Positions 8,614-17,416 of a DNA stretch of 64,000 bases are shown piece by piece. The position numbers and the translations under genes are program-made. The stretch lies in assembly GCA_945957555.1 (NCBI GenBank), contig CAMFLX010000001.1, forward strand, positions 28,759-92,758. The letters are read 5' to 3'. A model generated the notes under the pieces. The model was given only the letters and a program-made list of their open reading frames with translations. It ran no database searches and had not been told where the DNA came from. The DNA comes from an uncultured Cytophagales bacterium (lineage in GTDB: Bacteria; Bacteroidota; Bacteroidia; Cytophagales; UBA9547). Within the stretch, counting starts at the first letter, position 1. Each line of letters opens with the position of its first letter.

Positions 8614-10254
8614 TCAATAAAACTTGGGACTAGCCACACTCCTACTGGGTCTTATAACTACCGCTTTGCTTCTTGGGTATTTCACAGAGAAACCAATATC
8701 CAACTTTTTAGAATCGTTTGGTGTGATGTTCAGCTTCCATCTCAGTTTTCCAGAGACAAGATCGTGCTCTGCACCTGAGATTTGCTTTACATCTACTTCT
8801 ATTTCACTCTCCTGAGCCACTGGCACTTGATCCACCACTTCTATTTCTATAGGAAAGTTGTTGTTGTTCCTCACCATGATCTGGTATTCAAACGACTCCT
8901 TCCTATTCAAACCAATCATTTTCTGTGCATTATGATCCACCTTCTTTACTTTGTTCACCACTACCTTTTCGTCAATACCCAAAGTCAGTTCTAGGGTATC
9001 GTTTGCAGTAGCGGTCTCTATAGGTGTTTTGCCCACATACTTGTTGTCCAAATACACCGAAGCTTCTCCGTCCAAAAGATTATAGTCTGCCCAATCTGCG
9101 ATTCTCGCAATAATGAATGCATCCTTTCTAAGCTTAGGCACTGTGTAGTAATAGTAGGATACACTATCTATGATATGTTGTTTCACGTCAGCCACTATAG
9201 GGAAACCGTTGTCAGGTACTGTGTAGGCCTCTTTGATCACAAAATCAGTAGCAAACTCAGATATTTCTATCATTTCTGTATTGTTATTAGGTTGCAATCC
9301 ATCAGCAAAAGAAACAATTGAATTGCGTTTCATTTCAGATTTTTCAAGTAAGCCCTCACTTCCACTACTATTGTAGCCTCTTGCCTTTCCTTTATAAGTA
9401 TAGTTGAAGTTCAATCCCCAAACTTCAAGGCTTGGTTTGGTATTGTCTCTAGAAGGGTCGGCAGTAGAAAGTACCAAATGCACTTTATCCCAAGCCTCAT
9501 GACTGTTGTTTACAATCGCGGCCTTATAGTCCAATCTTAAGCTCTTGCTTTTGCTCTGCTTTCTGATATCGTATTTGGGATTCCATGACGAACTTGGTTC
9601 ATAATAACTGAATTCCAGGTTTTCCTTAAGAACCTTATCTGACTTAATGGTCAATAGAATTTCAGAACAATATTTCTGGCCTTCACCTTTAAGGCTCGTG
9701 ATTTGTTGGCTCAGACGCTCCTTTACCTTATTTAGCCTAAGTACTGTTTTTTCATTTTTGAGGATCTTCTCATCAATTTCCTGAAGCTTGAGTCTATAGA
9801 AACTAGTTGCGTTAGATAGTTCAGCAGAACTCACCATGTTATTGGTGCCTACTCGCGAAACATTATTGGTCAGCAAACTCTTCTCGGTTTGAAAAGCAGT
9901 TGCCTCCATGTTGTACTTCTTCAAATCCCAAGTAAGTGCATCTAAACTATCCTCAAGTGCTTCCACTTTAATTCCAGCCTTTTTCACAGTTAGGTAGTTC
10001 TTGGCAGTAGTCATAGAAAGTATGCTACACTGATCTGAAAGCTGAAACTGAATACTATTGGGCTGAAGGTTTTGGCTTAAACCAACCAGTTTAAACTCGT
10101 TAATGCCAGGCTTAATGTCCAAACTTGCGTTTCTTATAATGTTTGAACCCGCAAAATAGACGATCACCTTGTCTATAGAACTCGTAATCTCTTTGGCCTC
10201 TTGTGCACAAACTATGATGGGTGAAAAACCCAAAATCAATATTTTCCTGAGCAT
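8614..10254 (-). CDS. secreted DUF4139/DUF4140-like protein (mucoidy-inhibitor MuiA-like family)
   Basis: The track ORF runs to 10434, but the signal-peptide start MLRKILILGFSPIIVCAQE corresponds to the ATG at 10254-10252. It has a central coiled coil and a C-terminal beta-rich region. Confidence 0.6.
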   Translation of the reverse strand: MLRKILILGFSPIIVCAQEAKEITSSIDKVIVYFAGSNIIRNASLDIKPGINEFKLVGLSQNLQPNSIQFQLSDQCSILSMTTAKNYLTVKKAGIKVEALEDSLDALTWDLKKYNMEATAFQTEKSLLTNNVSRVGTNNMVSSAELSNATSFYRLKLQEIDEKILKNEKTVLRLNKVKERLSQQITSLKGEGQKYCSEILLTIKSDKVLKENLEFSYYEPSSSWNPKYDIRKQSKSKSLRLDYKAAIVNNSHEAWDKVHLVLSTADPSRDNTKPSLEVWGLNFNYTYKGKARGYNSSGSEGLLEKSEMKRNSIVSFADGLQPNNNTEMIEISEFATDFVIKEAYTVPDNGFPIVADVKQHIIDSVSYYYYTVPKLRKDAFIIARIADWADYNLLDGEASVYLDNKYVGKTPIETATANDTLELTLGIDEKVVVNKVKKVDHNAQKMIGLNRKESFEYQIMVRNNNNFPIEIEVVDQVPVAQESEIEVDVKQISGAEHDLVSGKLRWKLNITPNDSKKLDIGFSVKYPRSKAVVIRPSRSVASPKFY

Positions 10255-10455
10255 AATTATTCTTTTTTCATATAAAGAGGCATAAAGTACAAATTTTTCA
10301 CAAACGAATTCGAAATTTTTTCTCGTGCAGAATAGCAACTTAATGAAAAGAACCTTAACCAAGTAGGAATACAGGGTATATAGGTAGAGCTTTCTGTTAA
10401 TAAAAAAAATGGTTAAATATTTCAGTATAAACAAATAAGGCTTAATTTTGTTGTT

Positions 10456-11730
10456 ATGAGCAATGAGTTCATTCTCCTTATAGGATCTTTACTGGCCGTC
10501 TCTTTTTTCTCTGGAATGGAGATCGCCTTTGTTTCTTCTAATAAACTTCATATCGAGCTACTCAAACAACAAGAGAGTGGTATAGGCAAAATCCTAGGTT
10601 TCTTCGTAAAAAACGCCTCCAAATTCATCGGTACTACGATGATCTGTAATACGTTTGCCATAGTACTCTATGACCAAACCATGACGGAAATCTTAGAAAA
10701 ACCCTTGGAGCATTTTCTTCATGACTACCTTGGCTATCACAACGATATTTTAGAGATTACGATACATGCAGTCTTAGCAACTATATTAGTACTTATTGTT
10801 GCAGAGTTTATTCCTAAAACGGTGTTCATGGCCAACCCAAACACTATGTTGGAGTTCTTTGCCTATCCGATGAAATTGATCTATTGGATCACCTATCCGA
10901 TCATTTGGCTGATTATGTTTCCTACCAAGTTTTTCATTGAAAATATACTTCGCATGGAGTTCTCCGAAGAAAAGCCTGTATTTGGCCTTACAGATTTGAA
11001 TCACTTTATTGCCAATCAAACTCCAAGCCCTGAATCAAAGGACGATAAGGCAGATGTAGACGCCAAGATTTTTAAAAACGCACTTAAATTCAAAAACACC
11101 AAAGTGCGTGAGTGTATGCGTCCACGTACCGAAATCGTAGCCATCGACTACACAGAAGGTTTGGACATGCTCTATGAAAAATTTCTAGAAAGTGGACATT
11201 CAAAAATCGTTGTTTACAAGGAAAACATAGATGACGTGCTTGGTTATGTACATTCCCACGCCTTTTTCAAGAAACCAAAATCTATCGACGAAGTACTTAA
11301 TCCCATTTTGATAGCTCAAGAAATCACCCCGGCGAACGAGCTTCTCATAGATTTTATTGAACAAAGGAAAAGTTTGGCGATCATTGTAGATGAATTTGGC
11401 GGCACGGCTGGTCTGGTGAGTATAGAGGACATCATAGAGGAAATTTTTGGGGAAATAGACGATGAGCATGACGAGGTAGAACAAAACGAGCTCAAAGTAG
11501 ACGATAAGACGTACATACTCTCAGCAAGATTAGAAATTGATTATCTTAACGATAAATATAATTGGGAAATACCAACAGGTGAGTATGATACTCTTGGTGG
11601 ATATGTAATCTCTGTGATAGAAGACTTGCCGCAGGTAGGGGATGTGATCGACTTGGAACCTTATCAATTTACCATCATTTCCAAGGAAGAAAACAAAATC
11701 GAAAAAATCAAACTTACGCTCAGAAAATAA
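10456..11730 (+). CDS. CNNM/DUF21 + CBS pair + CorC_HlyC transporter-associated protein (GldE/CorC-like)
   Basis: 424 aa with 4 N-terminal TM segments, RECMRPRTEIVAID, and GGTAGLVSIEDIIEEIFGEIDDEHD typical of HlyC/CorC proteins. Confidence 0.8.
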   Translation: MSNEFILLIGSLLAVSFFSGMEIAFVSSNKLHIELLKQQESGIGKILGFFVKNASKFIGTTMICNTFAIVLYDQTMTEILEKPLEHFLHDYLGYHNDILEITIHAVLATILVLIVAEFIPKTVFMANPNTMLEFFAYPMKLIYWITYPIIWLIMFPTKFFIENILRMEFSEEKPVFGLTDLNHFIANQTPSPESKDDKADVDAKIFKNALKFKNTKVRECMRPRTEIVAIDYTEGLDMLYEKFLESGHSKIVVYKENIDDVLGYVHSHAFFKKPKSIDEVLNPILIAQEITPANELLIDFIEQRKSLAIIVDEFGGTAGLVSIEDIIEEIFGEIDDEHDEVEQNELKVDDKTYILSARLEIDYLNDKYNWEIPTGEYDTLGGYVISVIEDLPQVGDVIDLEPYQFTIISKEENKIEKIKLTLRK

Positions 11731-11780
11731 TCTAATATACTTTTTCTTCAGTATAATCAAGATTGTCTCACATTCATTAA

Positions 11781-12548
11781 ATGGCAAAACGTAGAGCAAG
11801 TGCAAGCCCCAAAGCAAAAGTTAAAGGCAAAACTGCTTCCAAATCCAACTCTGGTTCTTGGTTTAAAAACCTCGGTGCTACCATATTGAGGTTTTGTATT
11901 AAAACCGTTATTTATTTCTTCATATTCAGTTTCCTCTTTACCCTAATGTACAGGTTTGTTCCTGTTCCTTTCACACCTTTAATGTTTATTCGGGTAGTGG
12001 AGCAGAAATTAGCCGGCAAACCCATGAAACTCAAAAAAGATTGGGTCTCTATAGAGGAGTCGGGCCCCATGCCCATTGCCGCCATGGCAGGTGAAGATGC
12101 CAAGTTTATGGATCACATCGGTTTTGACTTTGAAGCCATAGACAAGGCTGTGGACTACAACAAAACTCATAAAAAGAAGAAAGGCGCCAGTACGATTAGC
12201 CAACAGACCGCCAAGAATGTATTTCTATGGCCAGGCAGAACTTGGATCAGAAAAGGTCTAGAGGTCTATTTTACATTACTGATAGAATTGCTTTGGTCCA
12301 AAGAGCGTATTTTGGAAGTATACATTAACGTTATAGAAATGGGAGATGGTATCTATGGTGTAGAAGCCGCCTCACAATACTACTTTAAAAAACCTGCCAC
12401 CAAAATGACCCGTATGGAGGCCGCCAAAATTGCTTCCATATTGCCTAATCCACTTAAATGGTCGGTAAAGAAGCCTTCTCCTTATCTTGTAGCAAGACAA
12501 AACTGGATCCGAAACAATATGGATTATATCAAAGGCATAGATTTTTAG
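11781..12548 (+). CDS. mtgA: monofunctional peptidoglycan glycosyltransferase
   Basis: EDAKFMDHIGFD, GASTISQQTAKN and RKGLEVYFTLLIELLWSKERILEVYINVIEMG are GT51 motifs; single N-terminal TM segment. Confidence 0.88.
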   Translation: MAKRRASASPKAKVKGKTASKSNSGSWFKNLGATILRFCIKTVIYFFIFSFLFTLMYRFVPVPFTPLMFIRVVEQKLAGKPMKLKKDWVSIEESGPMPIAAMAGEDAKFMDHIGFDFEAIDKAVDYNKTHKKKKGASTISQQTAKNVFLWPGRTWIRKGLEVYFTLLIELLWSKERILEVYINVIEMGDGIYGVEAASQYYFKKPATKMTRMEAAKIASILPNPLKWSVKKPSPYLVARQNWIRNNMDYIKGIDF

Positions 12549-12600
12549 ATCCATAGAAGAAAACATACTAGACGATACTTATATAGAAAAAGATGAGCTC

Positions 12601-13092
12601 GTGGTTGCCAACTTTTGGCCTAGATTAAGAGCCTTTTTTATAGATTTAGTTTTTATTTGGATTTTCCTTTACCTAATTAGGCTATTCAGTCCTGTCTTTT
12701 ACGAATATAACACACACCTCTCTTCATTCATATATTTGCTCTACAAACCTATGTTCGAGTATCTATTTAGTGCCACTTTAGGGAAAATGATCGTTGGAAT
12801 CAAGGTCGTAAACCTAGACGGAAATTCAGCAAATTTTTCAAGTATATTGTTGAGAAACATAATTGGAATTATTTCAAACATTCTGAGAATTCTTGCTAGT
12901 TTAATATGGTTTGGAGAATTTTTATCAAACAGATTACCGATTGATATCTTAGGGCTTTCAAGATCCAACTTTACAATCTCAAGTTTGATCGTATTGTTAT
13001 TCTTTCTTTTAGATACAATAGTATTTGTCCTAAATAACAAAAACCAAGCCTTACACGATATCATTGCCAAGACTTTGGTCGTTAAAAAATAA
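12601..13092 (+). CDS. RDD-family membrane protein
   Basis: GTG start. It has WPRLRAFFIDLVF, multiple TM segments and a C-terminal ALHDIIAKTLVV typical of RDD domains. Confidence 0.6.
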   Translation: MVANFWPRLRAFFIDLVFIWIFLYLIRLFSPVFYEYNTHLSSFIYLLYKPMFEYLFSATLGKMIVGIKVVNLDGNSANFSSILLRNIIGIISNILRILASLIWFGEFLSNRLPIDILGLSRSNFTISSLIVLLFFLLDTIVFVLNNKNQALHDIIAKTLVVKK

Positions 13093-13110
13093 AAAGGGGC
13101 TGTTCGCCCC
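13085..13110 (-). terminator. intrinsic terminator for the minus-strand OMP gene
   Basis: GGGGC (13096-13100) pairs with GCCCC (13106-13110) around a TGTTC loop. On the minus strand it is followed by TTTTTATTTTTT. Confidence 0.6.
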
Positions 13111-13140
13111 TCTTCATTACCATATTCTTATGCACTATTC

Positions 13141-13947
13141 TTAAAACCTTACGCCTAGATCGAGACCTACCAAGTTATGTCTCACTTTCAATAGATCTGT
13201 AATACTCACTTCTCCATCATAAAACTTTGGATTAGTGTTATAAAACATCAAATTGGGATTCAGCACATTAGTAATTCCAAAATCCAAAGACAAACCACCA
13301 AAAAGTGCGAAATCATCAGAAAGTTTGTATTCTACACCACCATTGAGCATAAATGAAACATACAAAGGATTGAAAAGTGCAGTTGGGCCACCGTTACCAT
13401 TTCTCCCGCGCGTTGGGTCGGTATTGGTATCGTAGTTAGCCATACTCCAAAAGTGTGCATAGTCTCCCTTTCCATCCCTAGTATTAAGGCTTTCTGATAA
13501 TTTAAGACCTACTTGTGGACCACCAGACACATACCAAGTAAGGTTATCTGCAAGCTCTTTAGAGGATTTATATTTCACCAAAAGAGGAATCTGAAGATAA
13601 GTCATATTATACTTAGAGTTACCAGAGTAGTTTCCATCTCTATTGTACAAGCTTACATTGGTACCTGTAAACCAAAGTCCTGGAGAAAAGAATAAGGATT
13701 CCTTTCCAAAATCATAGTTGGCACCTAGGGTCACAAAATCATTTGCATAACCTTTTCCCTTAGCTCTACGCGTAGCGCCGTCGGCAGGATAATATTGCAA
13801 AGAACTCCTATTGTCTTTATCTTTTACTGAAATGGCATTAGAACCAGCACGGAGCCTTATGCTCAGCCTACCATCCAATCCTTGTGAAAAAAGCGGCATA
13901 CTCAAGGTCATGAGCATGAACGCAATAAGTGTATTTGAGATTTTCAT
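13141..13947 (-). CDS. outer-membrane beta-barrel protein (porin-like/PorT-like fold)
   Basis: Start moved to the ATG at 13947 (MKISNTLIAFMLMTLSMPLFSQ signal peptide). It has alternating amphipathic strands and a C-terminal ...GLDLGVRF beta-signal ending in Phe. Confidence 0.6.
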   Translation of the reverse strand: MKISNTLIAFMLMTLSMPLFSQGLDGRLSIRLRAGSNAISVKDKDNRSSLQYYPADGATRRAKGKGYANDFVTLGANYDFGKESLFFSPGLWFTGTNVSLYNRDGNYSGNSKYNMTYLQIPLLVKYKSSKELADNLTWYVSGGPQVGLKLSESLNTRDGKGDYAHFWSMANYDTNTDPTRGRNGNGGPTALFNPLYVSFMLNGGVEYKLSDDFALFGGLSLDFGITNVLNPNLMFYNTNPKFYDGEVSITDLLKVRHNLVGLDLGVRF

Positions 13948-14061
13948 ATAACGTATTTTTGTACAAAAATAATATAACATTTAAATTTTATAACACTTTG
14001 TCATATATTTCCATTGTATTTTCAACTCAAAAAAATATCAATAGTTTTAAAAATTTAAACT

Positions 14062-14069
14062 TAATTTTG
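14062..14069 (+). promoter_or_regulatory. candidate -7 box TAATTTTG
   Basis: Matches TAnnTTTG, 18 nt upstream of the ATG at 14088. Confidence 0.3.
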
Positions 14070-14087
14070 CGTCAACGATAATACTTG

Positions 14088-15170
14088 ATGCAAAAAAGAG
14101 TAATTCTGCCCGTAATCAATGATCTCTCAACAGACCAGAGAATGCATAAAATATGCACAGCATTACATGATATGGGCTATGACGTACTCCTCTTGGGAGC
14201 AAAGAGAAAAAAATCGCTAGACCTTATACCTAGGGCGTATAAAACTGCCAGATTCCCTCTTTGGATAGAAAAGGGAAAATTCTTCTATCTCGAATTCAGC
14301 ATTAGACTATTCATTTATTTATTAAGCAAAAGACCTCACATTATTACAGCAAATGATTTAGATACCTTGTTGCCCAGCTATCTGGCAAGTAAAATCAAAG
14401 GAGCAGAACTTATTTACGATTCGCACGAATATTTTACGGAAATGCCTGAGTTGGACCAAAGGCTTTTGACCAAAAAATCGTGGTTGGCCTTGGAGAAATA
14501 CCTTTTTCCTAAACTCAAAAAGGTAATGACTGTAAACGAAAGCATTGCTAGAATCTATGCTGATTTGTACCATAAGGATATCAAAGTCGTAAGAAATGTT
14601 CCCTTTAGGATTCTCGAGGTTCCCAAAGTCGCTAAACAAAACATTATTATATATCAAGGCAACATAAATAAGAGTAGGGGTATAGAGGTTATGATTGAAG
14701 CCTTGACTTTACTTGGTGATGATGTTATCTTTTGGTGCGTTGGGCCAGGTGACCTATTAGAAGAGATGAAAGATTATGCAAAGAGTTTGAATGTTGCCCA
14801 TAAGGTTAAATTTTGGGGACCAGTACCGTTTCAAAATCTCAAGGAACTTACCTTTCAAGCCAAAATCGGGATCAGTATAGAACAGCCCATAGGCCTAAAC
14901 TCCACGCTATGCTTACCTAATAAACTGATGGATTACATCCAATGCCACCTACCTGTGATCGTAACCGATCTGCCAGAAATGCGAAAGATTGTAGACAAAT
15001 ACCAAAACGGGATCATCTTGGAAAGATGCTCTGCTGATCTCTTGGCAGCAAGTATTCAAAAAATGCTTGCCGACGAAGCACTGCTTAACCAGTACGCAGA
15101 AAGATCTGCAGCAGCCGCTTATGAATTATGCTGGGAAAACGAGCAAAAAATACTTGCTCAGCTGTATTGA
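14088..15170 (+). CDS. GT-B glycosyltransferase (family 4-like)
   Basis: About 360 aa. The C-terminal half has the EQPIGL...LPNKLMDYIQCHLPVIVTD pattern (E-x7-E-like region) of retaining GT4 enzymes. Confidence 0.65.
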   Translation: MQKRVILPVINDLSTDQRMHKICTALHDMGYDVLLLGAKRKKSLDLIPRAYKTARFPLWIEKGKFFYLEFSIRLFIYLLSKRPHIITANDLDTLLPSYLASKIKGAELIYDSHEYFTEMPELDQRLLTKKSWLALEKYLFPKLKKVMTVNESIARIYADLYHKDIKVVRNVPFRILEVPKVAKQNIIIYQGNINKSRGIEVMIEALTLLGDDVIFWCVGPGDLLEEMKDYAKSLNVAHKVKFWGPVPFQNLKELTFQAKIGISIEQPIGLNSTLCLPNKLMDYIQCHLPVIVTDLPEMRKIVDKYQNGIILERCSADLLAASIQKMLADEALLNQYAERSAAAAYELCWENEQKILAQLY

Positions 15171-15368
15171 TATGATAAGTATCGCTTAAAACTCCACCCA
15201 TTTACCTCGGAGCTTTAGCCAAAGTAACCTTTTCTATAATTCCGCTTTTATTGAAATTCCTGTTGGCCGATTCAAAAAGATGCCCGCCTGTCTAAAGACT
15301 ATTTTCCATTACTCCCAATAACTCTAGACCCATCACAACTTTTACGCTTTAAGTTCTGGAATTTTATG

Positions 15369-15483
15369 TGCTATTATAATAGCATTTAGAATACTATTAT
15401 AATGACAATAGATATGCTATAATAATAGCAGCTGTTGTATTATTATAATAGTATATAATTTGCTATATTAATGACATGAATAT
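15369..15483. repeat. five tandem, exactly phased 23-bp repeats with a 16-bp palindromic core (iteron/operator-like)
   Basis: Units start at 15369, 15392, 15415, 15438 and 15461. The cores are TGCTATTATAATAGCA, TACTATTATAATGACA, TGCTATAATAATAGCA, TATTATTATAATAGTA and TGCTATATTAATGACA, giving the consensus TRCTATTATAATRRCA. Each is followed by a variable 7-bp spacer. Confidence 0.85.
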
Positions 15484-15488
15484 TTTTA
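15481..15488 (+). promoter_or_regulatory. candidate -7 box TATTTTTA for the HU-like gene
   Basis: Near-consensus TAnnTTTG element 31 nt upstream of the ATG at 15519, immediately after the last repeat unit. Confidence 0.3.
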
Positions 15489-15518
15489 GCCACTAATTCT
15501 TTCTAAAGATCAAGTAAT

Positions 15519-16223
15519 ATGCCACTAAAATACACATTACATCCACTGAAAATAGGGCCAGATAAAGAAAAGCAACAGTTTAGGGCAATTGCCAAAGCAC
15601 AAGACAGCATAGATCTTGATGGCGTGATAGACGAAATCATGCGGATGGGTACGACTGTGACACGAGCAGATGCTTTGGCAGTGATCTTGGCTTATCATGA
15701 AACAGTTTTGAATCTTGTTAGAGACGGATATAATGTGAATACACCTATCTTCCAGACCAAGCTCAGTATCAAAGGAGTGTTTGAGCACTATGATACCTCT
15801 ATAGATGCCTCACAACACCAGATAAAAGTAAACTTGAATCCCGGCACAGCGCTTCGTGCCTTGGAATCTTCGATCAAAGTTCAAAAAATAGGGGCAAGCT
15901 TACCTAGACCACAAATTTTACAAGTCATACATCTTTCGGGAACGGAGCAAGATAAACCCATACAAGCAGGAAGCATTATAAAAATAATAGGGGCAAGGCT
16001 CAATTTTGAAAAAAGCGATGTTGAACAAGGCGTTTTTTTAACCACCAATCTGAAAGATTGGTCAAGGATTGATATGATTCTTGAGATCAAGCCTTCTGAA
16101 GTTTTATTTCAGCTTCCGAGCCCTTTGCCGCCTAATCAATACCAAATACAAGTACGGTGCAAGCTCCGCAATACTACTCAGGTGAGGACAAGTGCCGATA
16201 TGATCCATTTGGAAATAGTTTAG
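15519..16223 (+). CDS. HU-like DNA-binding domain protein with DUF4469-like Ig-fold C-terminus
   Basis: 234 aa. The N-terminal half (KAQDSIDLDGVIDEIMRMGTTVTRADALAVILAYHETVLNLVRDGYNVNTPIFQTKLSIKG) resembles Bacteroidota HU-HIG proteins. The C-terminal beta-rich domain resembles DUF4469. Confidence 0.6.
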   Translation: MPLKYTLHPLKIGPDKEKQQFRAIAKAQDSIDLDGVIDEIMRMGTTVTRADALAVILAYHETVLNLVRDGYNVNTPIFQTKLSIKGVFEHYDTSIDASQHQIKVNLNPGTALRALESSIKVQKIGASLPRPQILQVIHLSGTEQDKPIQAGSIIKIIGARLNFEKSDVEQGVFLTTNLKDWSRIDMILEIKPSEVLFQLPSPLPPNQYQIQVRCKLRNTTQVRTSADMIHLEIV

Positions 16224-16310
16224 TGCCTTTTTTTGATGTTATAAAACATGAGGCTTTAATAATTTCAAACACTTACATTGATGAGAGATTGAGACACCTG
16301 TCAAAAAGAA

Positions 16311-16341
16311 GCCCCTAGGTTTTTGAACCTAGGGGCTTTTT
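16311..16341. terminator. bidirectional intrinsic terminator
   Basis: Perfect 11-bp stem GCCCCTAGGTT/AACCTAGGGGC with a TTTG loop, a T5 run after it and an A-rich run before it. It lies between the convergent HU-like gene and asd. Confidence 0.85.
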
Positions 16342-16364
16342 GATATTGAATTATAGAACTCGAA

Positions 16365-17357
16365 TTATTTAACCAAACCTCTATTTAATAAGTCTTGCGC
16401 AATCTGTACAGCATTAGTAGCGGCACCTTTGCGAAGGTTATCAGCTACGATCCACATGTTCACAGTTTTTGGCTGAGACTCATCTCTACGGATACGACCC
16501 ACAAAAGTCTCATCTTTGCCATGTGCATTCATTGGCATAGGGTAGATCTGGTTTGCAGGATCATCTTCTAGCACAACGCCTGGAGATTCAGCAACAATTT
16601 TCTTCAATTCTGCCAAGTCGTACTCATTTTCAAACTCAATGTTCACAGACTCAGAGTGTCCTCCCATTACCGGGATACGCACCGTAGTAGCCGTTACCTT
16701 GATAGAGTCATCACCGATGATTTTACAAGTTTCCTTGATCATCTTCATCTCTTCCTTAGTGTATCCGTTATCTTGGAATACATCTATTTGAGGGATGACG
16801 TTCAAGTCTATCTTATATTTATAAGCCATAGGGCCTGCAATACCTGCTCTTTCGTTCATCAATTGATCAACAGCCGCTTTACCAGTACCAGTAACAGACT
16901 GATAAGTAGACACTACAACTCTTTTGATCTTATATTTTTTATGCAATGGACCTAGCACTAGCACCATTTGAATGGTTGAGCAGTTAGGGTTTGCAATGAT
17001 TCTATCTTCTGGGCCCACTACACTTCCGTTGATCTCAGGAACAACAAGTCTCTTGGTTGGATCCATTCTCCATGCTGAAGAATTGTCAATTACAAAAGTA
17101 CCAACTTCTGCAAACTTTGGAGCCAATTCCAACGAAGTGCTTCCTCCTGCAGAGAAAATGGCGATAGCAGGCTTCATTTCGATAGCTGTTGCTGCACTAA
17201 CCACCTTAAACTTCTTACCCTTAAACTCGATTTCCTTACCTACAGATTTTTCTGAAGCTACAGGAATCAACTCCGTTACGGGAAAGTTACGTTCTGCTAG
17301 TACTTTCAACATTTCGCCACCCACTAGGCCAGTGGCACCTACTAATGCTACTTTCAT
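16365..17357 (-). CDS. asd: aspartate-semialdehyde dehydrogenase
   Basis: MKVALVGATGLVGGEM Rossmann start, NPNCSTIQMV active-site Cys region and VRIPVMGGHSESV. Confidence 0.92.
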   Translation of the reverse strand: MKVALVGATGLVGGEMLKVLAERNFPVTELIPVASEKSVGKEIEFKGKKFKVVSAATAIEMKPAIAIFSAGGSTSLELAPKFAEVGTFVIDNSSAWRMDPTKRLVVPEINGSVVGPEDRIIANPNCSTIQMVLVLGPLHKKYKIKRVVVSTYQSVTGTGKAAVDQLMNERAGIAGPMAYKYKIDLNVIPQIDVFQDNGYTKEEMKMIKETCKIIGDDSIKVTATTVRIPVMGGHSESVNIEFENEYDLAELKKIVAESPGVVLEDDPANQIYPMPMNAHGKDETFVGRIRRDESQPKTVNMWIVADNLRKGAATNAVQIAQDLLNRGLVK

Positions 17358-17416
17358 TTTTAGATTTATTTTGTTTTAAAAAGTCCGCAAAATTAATAAA
17401 ATTTTTAATTTTGATT

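Noticed and set aside
7311-8617. Minus-strand ORFs inside the ABC-F gene (7311..7715, 7328..7606, 8141..8617, 8316..8567)
   Set aside because: They are antisense to a gene with unambiguous Walker and signature motifs and have no independent support.
10255-10434. N-terminal extension of the DUF4139-like ORF, and similar extensions at 13948-13980, 17345-17416, 19945-19992, 22967-22984, 23694-23723 and 52060-52074
   Set aside because: The extensions read as junk, overlap neighbouring genes or use non-ATG starts. In each case an internal ATG gives a clean signal peptide or conserved N-terminus.
15369-15483. The 23-bp repeat array as a CRISPR array
   Set aside because: The units are contiguous with only 7-bp variable linkers and no 25-40-bp spacers. 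The cores are AT-only palindromes, and no cas genes are in the window.
16656-17379. Plus-strand ORFs 16656..16955 and 16972..17379
   Set aside because: They are antisense to the clearly identified asd gene and are low-complexity translations.
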